This document shows, piece by piece, positions 22,101 to 30,922 of a stretch of 64,000 bases of DNA (position 1 is its first letter; each line of letters starts with the position of its first letter). The notes beneath the pieces are model-generated. The model ran no database searches. It was not told the DNA's origin and worked only from the letters and a program-made list of their open reading frames with translations. The position numbers were made by a program, and so were the translations under genes. This DNA is from a virus. The DNA lies in the IMG/VR virus record IMGVR_UViG_3300006738_000004, positions 1 to 64,000 of that record; one strand, given 5' to 3'.

Positions 22101-25100
22101 AGAGTTGCAGATTCCTGGAGAGTACGCCTTCTCCAGGATGACGCCGCAGTTCGGGCCGTTGCCGGGGGTGGTGACCCCCAAGATCACCAGCACCTTTGCT
22201 ACCAACATCGGGCCGATTGCCAACCCTGCCTTGGGGCAGATCACCGGAATCGTGTCGGTCCTTCCGAGGAATCGGCTTCCTCGTGCCCGCATCTGGGCCT
22301 ACTACCCAGAGGGGGACGCAAAGCTGGACCAAGCCATTGCGGATGCGGGAATCACGGCCACAGCGACGGTTGGCACCGCCACCCTGATTTGCACGCCGTT
22401 GGACTTTGTGGATTTTCCCATTGATAGCGAGACAGGGTTCCCTGACTTCATGCAGCTTGCCTCACTGCTTGACGGTGGCGTGTACGACCTTGCTTCCGGT
22501 AACTTGGAGTTGTCCACCCCTGGCTTCGAGGCAGGCCAGATGGTGCAGTACGGCCAGCCCACGGGAGACACCTGGAGCCTCTTCGACACAAGCCTCACCT
22601 TCCCGACGGTCTTTGGGCTTACCCCTCCCTCTCCGATCCCAGGGCCTGTGTTCGTGAAGGAGGTGATTGCTGGGGCTGTCATCACTCTCGGAAAGCAGGA
22701 CGGCACCCAGCTTATCGGGTCTGACATTCAGAAGAGCGATGAGACCTCTTTCGAGGCCGAGTACGGAGACACCATCTTCATTGGCTCGAAGCTGCCATTG
22801 GACGAAGCAGGAGGTTCGTCCAATGACCCCCCTGCTATGGAAGAGGTGGCCTTGGCCGCCGCTGCGTTGCCGGACTACCGCATGGGCCATGACTTGGCAG
22901 TTGGGCGGTTGAGGGGTGTCTACCGGGACATGACCTTCCCTTCAATGAAGGACTTCTTCGCCTTCCCGCTCAAGGAAATGACGGGACAGCAGCCGCCCGC
23001 GCCTCTTTCATGCCTTGAATCAGATGTGACCTTCATCAACACCAGGGACACTCCGGTTGAGCTTCCCTGTCTGAAGGGAGAACCACGGGATGATTCAGGG
23101 GATGTGCAAATCCCCTTCATGTCCACCACACTGACGGAGCTTTCGGTCTTGTACGAGGTGGCCCAGAGCTTGGAGTTCTTCGCCAACGCTGAGACTCCTT
23201 TTGACCTCCTCGCACTTCCAGGCATCCCTACTTTGGTGCCTCCAGGTCTCCCGAATCAGTACTGGAACTCGATCTACCCGGACGAGATTCTGCTCATGGA
23301 TGGGTCAATCCTCGCAGAGACCGATTCTGGGACGAATCGTGACGCTGGCAACTTGTACACGGAGCACGATCTCCAGCCTGTCAGCGCCATGGTTCCCTAC
23401 GTCGATGGCTCCCTCGTCGGCTCGTTGCGGGCTTATGATCTTGTTTTCGTGGAATGCCCAGATGATGGAGGGGCCGGAACTCCTCAGGACTCCTCAGGAC
23501 TCCCCGCAGGCTCGCAGGGAATCCTGACTGTCGGCACCGTTGATCATGGTGACTGGATTTCTAACGGCATCACGAGCTTTGCCCCTCCCCGCTTTATAGC
23601 CAGGACACGGCCTACTACCCCGGCCACCTCAACTGAACCCTTGCATAAGTACTATGCCCGGAACACCTACGGCTTCAATGAGGGTTGGGACGCCGGGACC
23701 AGCAGCGCCACCAGAGGGTGTGAGTTTACCGAGACTTTCGGCGGGGGCGTCTGGCAGATCGAGTTCAACTTCTCGTCGGCATGGCTGCACGATCCGGCAA
23801 ACCGGTACATCCTCGATGATGGGAGCAACACGCCTTGGGCAGCATGGCCAGCAGGAACGACGGGAGGGCTTCGGGAACTCATGTTGGGGCCTTGGCACCG
23901 CCACTTCCCCCCAAACCACTACACCAATGCCGTAACCCTCACCCTTTACCAACCAGATCCTGACCATGTGGGTGACCCCACCATTTGTAAGCTGACTTTC
24001 AGGTCCATTGAGCCTCCCGGTACCTATTCCCTTTGGATACCCGGACTCGGTGCTATCCCCTTGTTCTTGGCTGGCCTTGGTTGGGATATTGACGGCTCCT
24101 TCAAGATGCGGTTTGAGTCATCTAACTCTCTTATCGCTGCAACTACCGCCTCCCCTGCTGGCGGGCTGTCGGACGGGGAAAGATACGACTTCAACATCAA
24201 CATCGACACCTACATGACCAATGAGACGAGGAACTACATCTCGTCTCCACCTGCGGTTGGCTCCAACCACGGAAGTCATGGGGCCTATGTAAAGTTCGAC
24301 CGCCTGACGTTTGAGGAAGAGGTCTCTTTTGCTACCGCACTCCCACGGCAGACGCGACCCGCTAATGGTTGGGCGGCTGTGGATATGGGGATCCAACTCA
24401 ACGTCATCCAGTCCGTTGTGGGAGCGCCTGGAGTCAGGGCAGCGACTTGGGTGAATCATATTTCAGAGATCAATGGGGGGAAACGCCTTCAGTTCCGGGA
24501 GCGTTTCGGCACGCCGCGCCCGGACATCCTCCCTGCTGCAACCTTGCCTTACGTCGGACAGTTCATAGGGGGTGGGTCTGGGATAGGCCGCATCAAGACG
24601 ATGCCCTTCGAGTGGGACAACGAGTCCATCGTGGAGCAAGCAGGGGAAACAGTCCTCGACAACATCCTGTTGTCAGCGGCTCCTTCGTCTGACTTGGGGT
24701 TCAACGAGTCTCCGTCAGGCACGGGGAGCTACCAGCTTCTGATGGCCCACGGGACAATGTGGGATTGGGATCATGACACGGACCCCGCCACCTACATTGG
24801 TGCTCGCTTCTACATCACCGGGGTTAGTGGCGCGGTTGCCCCTATGGAGGGGGCTGTTGGAGAGGTGGAGCCTGGAGACATTGTTGTAGTTGGAGGACAG
24901 TACGACGCCGTCACCAACAGAACCTACGGGGCTGTCAAAGCAGGCACCTACTTGGTTCGCCATGCCGTAGAGCCTGATGTCGTTGATGCAGGGACGCCTT
25001 CCCTGCGGGGCCTCAACGCCAAGGTGAGCGGGGGGGATGATGGCTGGCTCAACCTGACCTTCCCTACCGTGAAGTCAGTGAACTACGACTATGATGCTGG

Positions 25101-27951
25101 GACGTTTGACATCACGATTGATGGGCTGTTGCCCGAGGTGTACGGAAGTGACAGCGGGCACACCTTCGAGATTCCTACTCCTGGCAACACACGACCCATC
25201 TACTTCATCTTCAACACCTCTTACGCAACCCAGAACGTAGCACAATGGGACATCGAGGAGGATTGCGTGTGGGCAGCGATGTACACGGACATCACTGTCG
25301 ATGCGGACGGCAACCATGTCTTTGAGTTGTCCATCAGTGATTCCCCTGAGAACGCCCAAGGAGACGTGCTGGCTTCAGGATCTCCTGAACCGGCCTTCGA
25401 TATGCTGGCAGCGGCCTTGGCCCAGGGAACGCGCATCTCAGGGATGACATGCCTCCCCATCGGGTCAATGGGGACATACCAGGACGGCAACGGGGTTTAC
25501 CGGGACCTCCCGGACAACAACCTGATTGGAGCCAATAAAGACTGGATGATGGATAACTGCTGTGCGGGCTTCAGGTTCCTCACCATACGGAACAACAACG
25601 CACCCGCTGACCCTACGAACACTAACTTTTCCAACGAGGGGCGGCTTTGGCTGTGGGATAGCGATGTTGCGGTCACATACAACACCTTCAGAGAGAGTGC
25701 ATCAGCCGCCAACTATGAGATTGGAGTCAGGGTTCCTACCCCCGTGAACCCGACAGAGTTCCAGCTTGACCAGAAGGCCCCTGTTTACTGGAAAAACAGG
25801 CTCTCCTCGATAGAGATCGAAGGGGTCCCTACTTTCATAGACATCAGCCACATCGGAAACGATAACACTGCCCCAAGCACACAGCCGCCCACTGGTTGGG
25901 ACGGCTCCGACCAGTGGAATCAGATCAACTTCGACCTGAGGATGGGGATGAGTGTGAACGCTGCGTATGCGTATGACCACAACCTGACTTGCATCCTTCC
26001 CGGCACTACCTTCTGGCTCGGCAACAACCTCGACAGCACGGCTTATCAGGACAGAGGGTTTTCCACGGTGGGGGGCATCATGCTGGAGCCTTCCTTCCCT
26101 CGAACCGGGGTGAACTTGCTCTCGGCCTTTCCTCATGTTGTGGATGCTGACCACACGCTGGAGGACGAGATGGTTGGGTCCCGCAACTATGATGACTTCA
26201 CGGGGGGTGGGATCAACTTCGAGCAAGTCTTTTTCTATGTGCGCCGAATCAGACGCTGGCACGACATCCAGGACAATCTGGCCCTGGACATCCAGAAGCT
26301 CAAGAAGGTGTACGAGATCCGGCGTGGGCGGCTACCTGCGGGCGGCTATGCACCACTCACGCGGATTTACACTGCTGACACCACAGTTCCTGGCTACGAC
26401 GGCAAGGCCACCAATGTCGGGGATTTCGATGACCCGGATGTGAACATCAACCCAGGTGACTTCCTACGGGTGATCGATAACGACGGCACCGTCCTGGAGA
26501 GGGTGGAAATCGAGAGCGTGCTCTCCTCGAACCAGTTGGTCATCAAGTTTCCAGGACTCGATGGGGGAGCGTTGCCGGGAAGCGTGAATGCGGGGGCCTA
26601 CTTCGAGATTTACCTCCAGCAGGCCCCAGTGCCCCACGAGCAGTCCAATGAGCAGTTGCTGACCTACCTGACGGATGAGGTCATCCACGAGCGCAAGGTT
26701 GAGTACAACCCGGTCAACCCGGACACCGACGGCGGTTTCGTAGACCTCAACAACACCTTGAGAGATACGGACGTGTCAGGGGCCGGGGCTTGGGCGGCCC
26801 TTGGAGTTGAGAAGGACGACATCCTCATCATTGACCCAGCGGGTCGAGATCCGTTGGGCATCCACAATAGCGGGGACCCACGCAACGCTCTTTACCTGGA
26901 CACGGAACGCGGAACGCGGCCTTTTGGAGACAGGGGCATCGTTGAGCGTAGCGCAGCCCTGCCAGACTCCTATGAAGTGGGAGGCCCCACGCCGCTGGAC
27001 GATAACCGAGGGTTTTACCGGATTATCGGGGATGAGGATTCTTCGGTGGGTCGCCTGGAAGTGGACGGGACATGCCGTTTCGCAGGTGGCGGGGAGGATG
27101 CTTCAGACAGCATCGTCTTTGGGACCATTCCTGAGGAGAACGGCTACGTCGTGCTTCCGACGATTCACAACTCTTTGGGGCCTCCTGATCCAAGTCTCCC
27201 CGGCCAAGAGGGTCAGCAGATGCTTCGGACTACGGCATACGTTGACCTCTCGTTGCCTTCGCCTGACGACATCTCCTTCAAGGACCGCCCCTACGATGCA
27301 GTCAACCTTATCTACGACAGGTATCAGAGCATCGCCCCATTCGGATACAAGATCATCCGACCCTCCCCGGTCTTTTCGGACGAGGCCGCAGAACTCATCC
27401 TCTTCATCCGGGAGAGGATGCTCTCGTGGATGGAGGAGATTGCTGCTTGGTGGGAGCACTATCGGGGCGGCTCCTACTACATCTTCCAGCGGGATGAGCA
27501 CATTGATGACTTGGGTGACCCCAACGACCCTGAGGATGGGCTTGGCCTCATCTACAACGACTTGTTCATCGACCTTGCAGGCCAGATCCTTGTACAGCCC
27601 TTTGCCAACGTAAAGGATTGCCTTTCCGTCTTGGACCGTAGGTTCTGGATTTTGGATACGAGGCTGGACAGCGAACCGACAGGCGGCGGCCCTTTCCCGT
27701 CTTATCCCTTCTACTCCACGCTGATTGACGGGGAGGGTCGTCCTGTTGAGGTGGACTTGATCGCTGATGTCCTGGACAACGACGACGATTTCCGTGGCGT
27801 CCGGTACGCCTGGATTCAGTTCCGTGCTGATTGGGGGGATGGCTCCATTCAGATGGCTCAGCGGGCCGCAGACCGCTTGGACCGTAAGCTCCTGAAGGAG
27901 AAGCTGCTGGTTGCGAAGCGAAAGGCCATGGGGAAGCTAAAGAGTAGTTGA
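16177..27951 (+). CDS. Giant virion structural protein (3924 aa), probably baseplate-associated
   Basis: 11.8-kb uninterrupted ORF, acidic and beta-rich, embedded among baseplate genes. Confidence 0.75.
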   Translation: MGLEIDGYVLRPARSAPANAITTGEAVTGVDRTHVDFEMPSNYGYYLSVAQRPVAPFADQYRSAVLLRPEAGKEEFLVWAANTSNFSVLAEDTEFGLWDVLGDPDFVTASAGSLEATNLIEPLEPYADGTDKLIVADEYQRSLYEVDAVVIRRGDLPLVPYGIGDKAVLFNPDGVNFSGGIAEQNPVTGAITLSDAAGNILEALGGGFSVARGDTVTFVAYRLAPPTFWWTKNEPNLTRFGWNGKVSRWEPLKGSLPQHLGKVKEDETYQLFPRPVRFEAGSELPHIVGLADSYALVRVGLAFDAGSDNPTVAVVADAAIETGPDWVTLGTDAAVGQKNGVLIFSPDYIETYGGLDVWYSPEDFTPSNDGDLGALREAATSDIALSPIPGPTDRPLLRLGFRQHLEPIMRLDDSGLNVAGAISSGYFEWSMTTGKVVFSQVDIDKATPGEGGYELSYLGARVYYDGIAMSMQPVPLKAPVACQNLGGTEMTGETPVEGIPSDGPLFLPLADPFPFPGTSGVRWVPDETGTIPKIHPLVPAPDTRPNESGLMREVEGIGDSFFFCGKQAWEFTKVMEYWSDLTPLHIAVPFLRAEVSRQRASPSPASNTMSKVQIKRAMFVGEPFYFVQAEILPAIYSDEKSGARLWSRVREPFIFADGDEKMRFSLNNTTEVIWDNADAGYGLGAGEFSAELVVASLEAAILAAGASGTHFEVTAFRGRVSIEGKGTSATDPSVEISWLDTKVHVGDLRGNAALGFLPAWRVDFTKDQVWQPDNGMAFGLHRSPENFARKNSRPDTRAVHRFGGKTGKILTKNLPATPFYNIMNHPLVDLPGFDEDVHFQRTEGLFVRELKNYDGIYYEFADDRVQWVDVAETSSDRILSPTNQLSLAALYALPDTLSSAAMEPIDSGYGLYLKEPAGIYTEQVWKEDFLLPGEGSAGQALLIDVIGVQIVEGGAGKFVAGTTTFEDNNISDWSDLVQVPEGPPEAGYLLHVLNGDAEGIYTVVSVGTGASANKLLISPAFPAAAGPDEGEAYVQWKLYHGYTREVYDPAVVADVVLDVFNHLPEEPFEIKVLTSMGTIEHPLGYTAEIGKARENDRLIWLRFGLEGGEVVPRYLETGEEIGPIAESGLVIPDLTDPFFINEDFAIRVEGRKFTTDFPASGDGLLVVTPAALITPIPGDGVFVCGATGTDPGIIQFGEDTLSENDGAMIYYDQVLPAVAPAGEAFIDPTTGDAVISANAATEFQGEELYFVEQMITENRLDVRLSPIGGSLFFQAPLREYQIVESHYFQADTDGDKLVETDDDGVDSFVEVTEFLPLYVQLEEATRVDDNTFTFNPTGRTIAEETEPMIWAGVELQNYRGFVTATVSGSTITFEEAVDEDDVVKINYGVYEAFGGEMAYEVSKKPVYRPPFMIDSGVSDFTLVGDRTDVLQVGQLFVLAEQPFYIQDVSYSHSTEETTVTIWPPTVTKVGTRSPGNDGGVLITIDPVAVVIDPAGGAISGGGYEGFMMTLLLPDGVTEVPYLEVDKFATEIIFQGDWREYMRAGHLLEVGGYPIILISSTLSEDGRYTIASFGTPIPKKMVYGTDGVRISVRPVYGPLPYQFTGVAPFIEREDYALFLLGSVDSSGQELPGKVLREGTHYMADPETGDIALMLPEQKALKGGERLLFQYIQGKVIHPIIEDEAIIAPAFKSKHLAMAIPSAENAMLGATFLAKYVFRNPDSFYAQTIPVEEYLPEVQESAVEKVQNSGPSTGGPPEAFPGDPDIQKQGILGLRGEVHDLYDLDRGGRLYLSFYNNVVVAFEQILENIDGRIIGDRDGKFKFFVGRGVRYAFRGYEDEITGFLNPRLIWRDLIETWAAGLGDGYYTEEDSLYLPPTAFPFDLTGTLYPNKTAGLPPDPFGLGFFMARQRFRVKNDMDDILMVGMKAVLSVNLFPPFPAVELKPKFEKMWEKNLFSRLYPQRTKAFTRLLPGLEANSELQIPGEYAFSRMTPQFGPLPGVVTPKITSTFATNIGPIANPALGQITGIVSVLPRNRLPRARIWAYYPEGDAKLDQAIADAGITATATVGTATLICTPLDFVDFPIDSETGFPDFMQLASLLDGGVYDLASGNLELSTPGFEAGQMVQYGQPTGDTWSLFDTSLTFPTVFGLTPPSPIPGPVFVKEVIAGAVITLGKQDGTQLIGSDIQKSDETSFEAEYGDTIFIGSKLPLDEAGGSSNDPPAMEEVALAAAALPDYRMGHDLAVGRLRGVYRDMTFPSMKDFFAFPLKEMTGQQPPAPLSCLESDVTFINTRDTPVELPCLKGEPRDDSGDVQIPFMSTTLTELSVLYEVAQSLEFFANAETPFDLLALPGIPTLVPPGLPNQYWNSIYPDEILLMDGSILAETDSGTNRDAGNLYTEHDLQPVSAMVPYVDGSLVGSLRAYDLVFVECPDDGGAGTPQDSSGLPAGSQGILTVGTVDHGDWISNGITSFAPPRFIARTRPTTPATSTEPLHKYYARNTYGFNEGWDAGTSSATRGCEFTETFGGGVWQIEFNFSSAWLHDPANRYILDDGSNTPWAAWPAGTTGGLRELMLGPWHRHFPPNHYTNAVTLTLYQPDPDHVGDPTICKLTFRSIEPPGTYSLWIPGLGAIPLFLAGLGWDIDGSFKMRFESSNSLIAATTASPAGGLSDGERYDFNINIDTYMTNETRNYISSPPAVGSNHGSHGAYVKFDRLTFEEEVSFATALPRQTRPANGWAAVDMGIQLNVIQSVVGAPGVRAATWVNHISEINGGKRLQFRERFGTPRPDILPAATLPYVGQFIGGGSGIGRIKTMPFEWDNESIVEQAGETVLDNILLSAAPSSDLGFNESPSGTGSYQLLMAHGTMWDWDHDTDPATYIGARFYITGVSGAVAPMEGAVGEVEPGDIVVVGGQYDAVTNRTYGAVKAGTYLVRHAVEPDVVDAGTPSLRGLNAKVSGGDDGWLNLTFPTVKSVNYDYDAGTFDITIDGLLPEVYGSDSGHTFEIPTPGNTRPIYFIFNTSYATQNVAQWDIEEDCVWAAMYTDITVDADGNHVFELSISDSPENAQGDVLASGSPEPAFDMLAAALAQGTRISGMTCLPIGSMGTYQDGNGVYRDLPDNNLIGANKDWMMDNCCAGFRFLTIRNNNAPADPTNTNFSNEGRLWLWDSDVAVTYNTFRESASAANYEIGVRVPTPVNPTEFQLDQKAPVYWKNRLSSIEIEGVPTFIDISHIGNDNTAPSTQPPTGWDGSDQWNQINFDLRMGMSVNAAYAYDHNLTCILPGTTFWLGNNLDSTAYQDRGFSTVGGIMLEPSFPRTGVNLLSAFPHVVDADHTLEDEMVGSRNYDDFTGGGINFEQVFFYVRRIRRWHDIQDNLALDIQKLKKVYEIRRGRLPAGGYAPLTRIYTADTTVPGYDGKATNVGDFDDPDVNINPGDFLRVIDNDGTVLERVEIESVLSSNQLVIKFPGLDGGALPGSVNAGAYFEIYLQQAPVPHEQSNEQLLTYLTDEVIHERKVEYNPVNPDTDGGFVDLNNTLRDTDVSGAGAWAALGVEKDDILIIDPAGRDPLGIHNSGDPRNALYLDTERGTRPFGDRGIVERSAALPDSYEVGGPTPLDDNRGFYRIIGDEDSSVGRLEVDGTCRFAGGGEDASDSIVFGTIPEENGYVVLPTIHNSLGPPDPSLPGQEGQQMLRTTAYVDLSLPSPDDISFKDRPYDAVNLIYDRYQSIAPFGYKIIRPSPVFSDEAAELILFIRERMLSWMEEIAAWWEHYRGGSYYIFQRDEHIDDLGDPNDPEDGLGLIYNDLFIDLAGQILVQPFANVKDCLSVLDRRFWILDTRLDSEPTGGGPFPSYPFYSTLIDGEGRPVEVDLIADVLDNDDDFRGVRYAWIQFRADWGDGSIQMAQRAADRLDRKLLKEKLLVAKRKAMGKLKSS

Positions 27952-27991
27952 CGGTAGAGTGTGTTTAGAGGTCCTGGAGTAGGAGTCACCC

Positions 27992-28228
27992 ATGTCTGTT
28001 GAAGATGAGATTCGCCGTATAAAGGAAAAGCTGCACAGTCGGGGAGTTCCTACAGGTTCGTGGGTTGATGTCGAAGAGAAAGATGTTGTGAGTCCCACCC
28101 TGGAACGACAGAAGGAAGCTCTGGGGAAGGTGTCCGAGCTTCTTGAGAGGCAAATCGAAGATGACCAGAAGCAGATTGCCCAGCTACATGTCGCGCTCCA
28201 ACGACTGAAGCACGGCGGTGGGGCGTGA
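27992..28228 (+). CDS. Small coiled-coil protein (78 aa)
   Basis: SD AGGAG; heptad pattern LERQKEALGKVSELLERQIEDDQKQIAQL. Confidence 0.7.
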   Translation: MSVEDEIRRIKEKLHSRGVPTGSWVDVEEKDVVSPTLERQKEALGKVSELLERQIEDDQKQIAQLHVALQRLKHGGGA

Positions 28229-28231
28229 CCC

Positions 28232-30922
28232 ATGGCTGAAGGCGGCGGTAGCGGAGAAGCAGGCTGGCTTACAGTACAGCCAAGCCTTGAGCCGTTGCTG
28301 GAACCTATCCGGCCCATCATCGAGGCCATTGATTCGGTGTTGGCGGCTCTCATCGCCATCCTCAACGTCGTTCAGTTCATCCTCAACATCATCAAGGCGT
28401 TCCTCTTGGGGTTCTTGGACCCTATCCGCAAGATCATTGAAACCATCATCCAGGAAATCCGCAACATCATCAATGATCTGCGGCAAGCGGGTTTCTACTT
28501 GAACGGTGATTGGGACCTCTTCAAGTTTGAAAACAAGTTCGCTGACCTTCGAGGTGGTTTCCAGGCTTACCAGAGAAGAATGATTGCACGGTTGGTGGAC
28601 CGTCGAGACCCCAAGCGTCCCGACTGGTCTTCTTCTTCTGCGGCCTTGTGTGCCTTCTTCTACATCAACGCGGGTGACATCGACCTCATCATCAGGTTCA
28701 TCATGAAGATCATTGCGTTCTTCAAGGGTGAGCCTGGGCCGCAGCCAGTGTCCCTTCCCCGTGTCACGACGCCCAAGGTTACATACGGCACTGAAAACGC
28801 AGGGCTGGCTGCTTTTGGGGCGCTCAACCCAAAGACTTTCTCGGCGGGCACCCCTGACCAAGCCGTGATCGAGTGGTCGTTGCCCACCCCCACAGGGGGT
28901 ATCCCTGGCATGAAGATGACGCCTCCTCGTGGCTTCATCATCGAGGTCAGCACCGTAGAGGGTGGCTTTGGGGTTCAGGGCATCATGCCAAGACCGCAAG
29001 GCACCGGGGCTTTTCAGTACACCAATGCTATGGACCCGGCCAATAACCGGGTCCTACGGGTCTACGGAATGAACTCCGTGCTGGGGTTCGGGGCAGGCTT
29101 GAAGAAGATCGGGGGCTTCGTAGAGCACACATCAGGGGTCAGTGGAGAGGTGGTTGGAGCGTGGGTAGACGACCAAGGCAACACCTTGTCCCAGTCTCAA
29201 GTTCCGAAGACCATCTTCTACAAGCAGGACGCCAACACCCCTTGGATTCCCCCGCACCTCTGCTCTGAGGATGACAAGGAGTACTTTGGGAAGGCTTGGT
29301 TTGTCTCCAACAGTGCCATTTCCAAGATCCTTGGAGGGGGCACCTTCAAGATGCTGCTCAAGCGGGAGGATATGCCGGTCCATGCCACTGTGAAGTCAGA
29401 GGCAGGGGTGATTTCTCTCGAAGAAAAAGAGAACCCAACCTACTACGTTCGAGTTCGTGCAGTCGGCAAAGCCATCTACAAGGAGTTGGGGGAACCAACT
29501 GCCCCAATGGCTATCCCAAAGGACCTGTCAACGGAGTCACTCAAGCTCTACCGCTTTGATGGCTCTTCTGTGGCTAAGATCCAATCCCCTATCGGCTTTA
29601 TGCCTTATGGTCCTGGGGAGGCGGGGAAGGCTGAGGAGGACCAAAGTTGGCCTGCCGCTAATCCTGATGGCCCCAGCCCCGCTGATCTTGGGCCGATCTC
29701 GGCTCCTGTGGAAGTCAGCTTCCCTAACGAAGCGGCGATGGAGTTCATTGAGACGGTTCAGTGTGCTCTGACAGTAGCGTTGATCAGTTCTTCCTCCACC
29801 CCCCCTGCTGACGACGGCGGCCTTAGCGAGAACAGTTGCGGGGGCGACGGTGCCGGGGATTTGTTCATGCTGAACCAGTCTTTTGAAATGGCGACAAGGG
29901 TTTCCGTCGCAGGGAAGCCGAAGAAGAATCTGTGGTCAACGAAGTTCTATAACGGGAAGGACCCTAAGAGATGGCGCGGTGCCGTGCGGCGTATGTCGAA
30001 GATGTGGGCCAGCGACCTGTATCGGAAGATCAACCCCTCAGATAACTACATAGCCGTGACCGTTGATTTGGGGCGAGAGATGATGGAGTGGAAGTGGGAG
30101 GACGGAGACCCACAGCTACCGGGCATCACCATTCTCCAATCCGTTGGCTACCCCTCCTCCGATGACGTGGCAAAAACCGCGATGAAAAATAAGTGGGCTG
30201 GGATAGCCCCGTCCTTCAAGGCCCATCCCGGCTACAACGCCCTTACGTTCTGTAGCACCGACCCCGAAATGTCCGACGGCACTCCGATAACTTGGAAGGG
30301 GCCGGGACCGCTGTTTACCCAGGACGCGACCCGCGAGGGCTACATGACGGAGTCCTATGCGCCCGTCAACACCCCCATCGTTTACAGCACCGACCCCGAA
30401 ACCATGAACTTTGCGTCGAACGTCCTTTACGAAGCAGGGATGCTCATACACGCACGCAATGTGTTGAGCTTGATGGCCGCCGTGGCTCCTGAAGGGGACT
30501 CGGGTTGGATCGCTGTCCGACCCTTCAACAAGGTGCTTGCACCCGTAGACCAACTCCTCGACAAGATTGAGAAGTTCCTCATGGCTATCTTGGATGCGTT
30601 GCAGGGGCTTATTGACGAGATCATTCGCTACATCGAAGGTATCCAATCCAGGATTGGGCAGCTTCAAGCCCTCATCGAGTACATCAGATCCCTTCTGAGG
30701 ATGATTGATGTGTTTGCGTTGCCCTCTTGCTCAGCTTTGGTGCTGGTCGAGAACGGCACGGATGGCATCCTTCAGGGCTTGGTAATGGCTGAAGATGCAC
30801 CCTCCGATAGCCGATCCTCTTATGGCGGCGGGGTGGTGGTGGCGTTGGGAGGGTTGCCCCTGCTGATCCTGGAGCTTTTTGCTGCCATCATCGCTGCGGG
30901 CAATGCGGAGGATGAGGACTGA
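28232..30922 (+). CDS. Virion-associated protein with amphipathic helical termini (896 aa)
   Basis: Long ORF in the structural operon; hydrophobic or amphipathic helices at both ends. Confidence 0.65.
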   Translation: MAEGGGSGEAGWLTVQPSLEPLLEPIRPIIEAIDSVLAALIAILNVVQFILNIIKAFLLGFLDPIRKIIETIIQEIRNIINDLRQAGFYLNGDWDLFKFENKFADLRGGFQAYQRRMIARLVDRRDPKRPDWSSSSAALCAFFYINAGDIDLIIRFIMKIIAFFKGEPGPQPVSLPRVTTPKVTYGTENAGLAAFGALNPKTFSAGTPDQAVIEWSLPTPTGGIPGMKMTPPRGFIIEVSTVEGGFGVQGIMPRPQGTGAFQYTNAMDPANNRVLRVYGMNSVLGFGAGLKKIGGFVEHTSGVSGEVVGAWVDDQGNTLSQSQVPKTIFYKQDANTPWIPPHLCSEDDKEYFGKAWFVSNSAISKILGGGTFKMLLKREDMPVHATVKSEAGVISLEEKENPTYYVRVRAVGKAIYKELGEPTAPMAIPKDLSTESLKLYRFDGSSVAKIQSPIGFMPYGPGEAGKAEEDQSWPAANPDGPSPADLGPISAPVEVSFPNEAAMEFIETVQCALTVALISSSSTPPADDGGLSENSCGGDGAGDLFMLNQSFEMATRVSVAGKPKKNLWSTKFYNGKDPKRWRGAVRRMSKMWASDLYRKINPSDNYIAVTVDLGREMMEWKWEDGDPQLPGITILQSVGYPSSDDVAKTAMKNKWAGIAPSFKAHPGYNALTFCSTDPEMSDGTPITWKGPGPLFTQDATREGYMTESYAPVNTPIVYSTDPETMNFASNVLYEAGMLIHARNVLSLMAAVAPEGDSGWIAVRPFNKVLAPVDQLLDKIEKFLMAILDALQGLIDEIIRYIEGIQSRIGQLQALIEYIRSLLRMIDVFALPSCSALVLVENGTDGILQGLVMAEDAPSDSRSSYGGGVVVALGGLPLLILELFAAIIAAGNAEDED

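Noticed and set aside
16177-27951. Intein or intron inflating the giant ORF
   Set aside because: No Hint-domain (C...HN) or LAGLIDADG motifs recognised, and the frame is uninterrupted.
27952-27968. Class I promoter candidate CGGTAGAGTGTGTTTAG
   Set aside because: Has CGGT but no YTAT at the N7 spacing; left uncalled.
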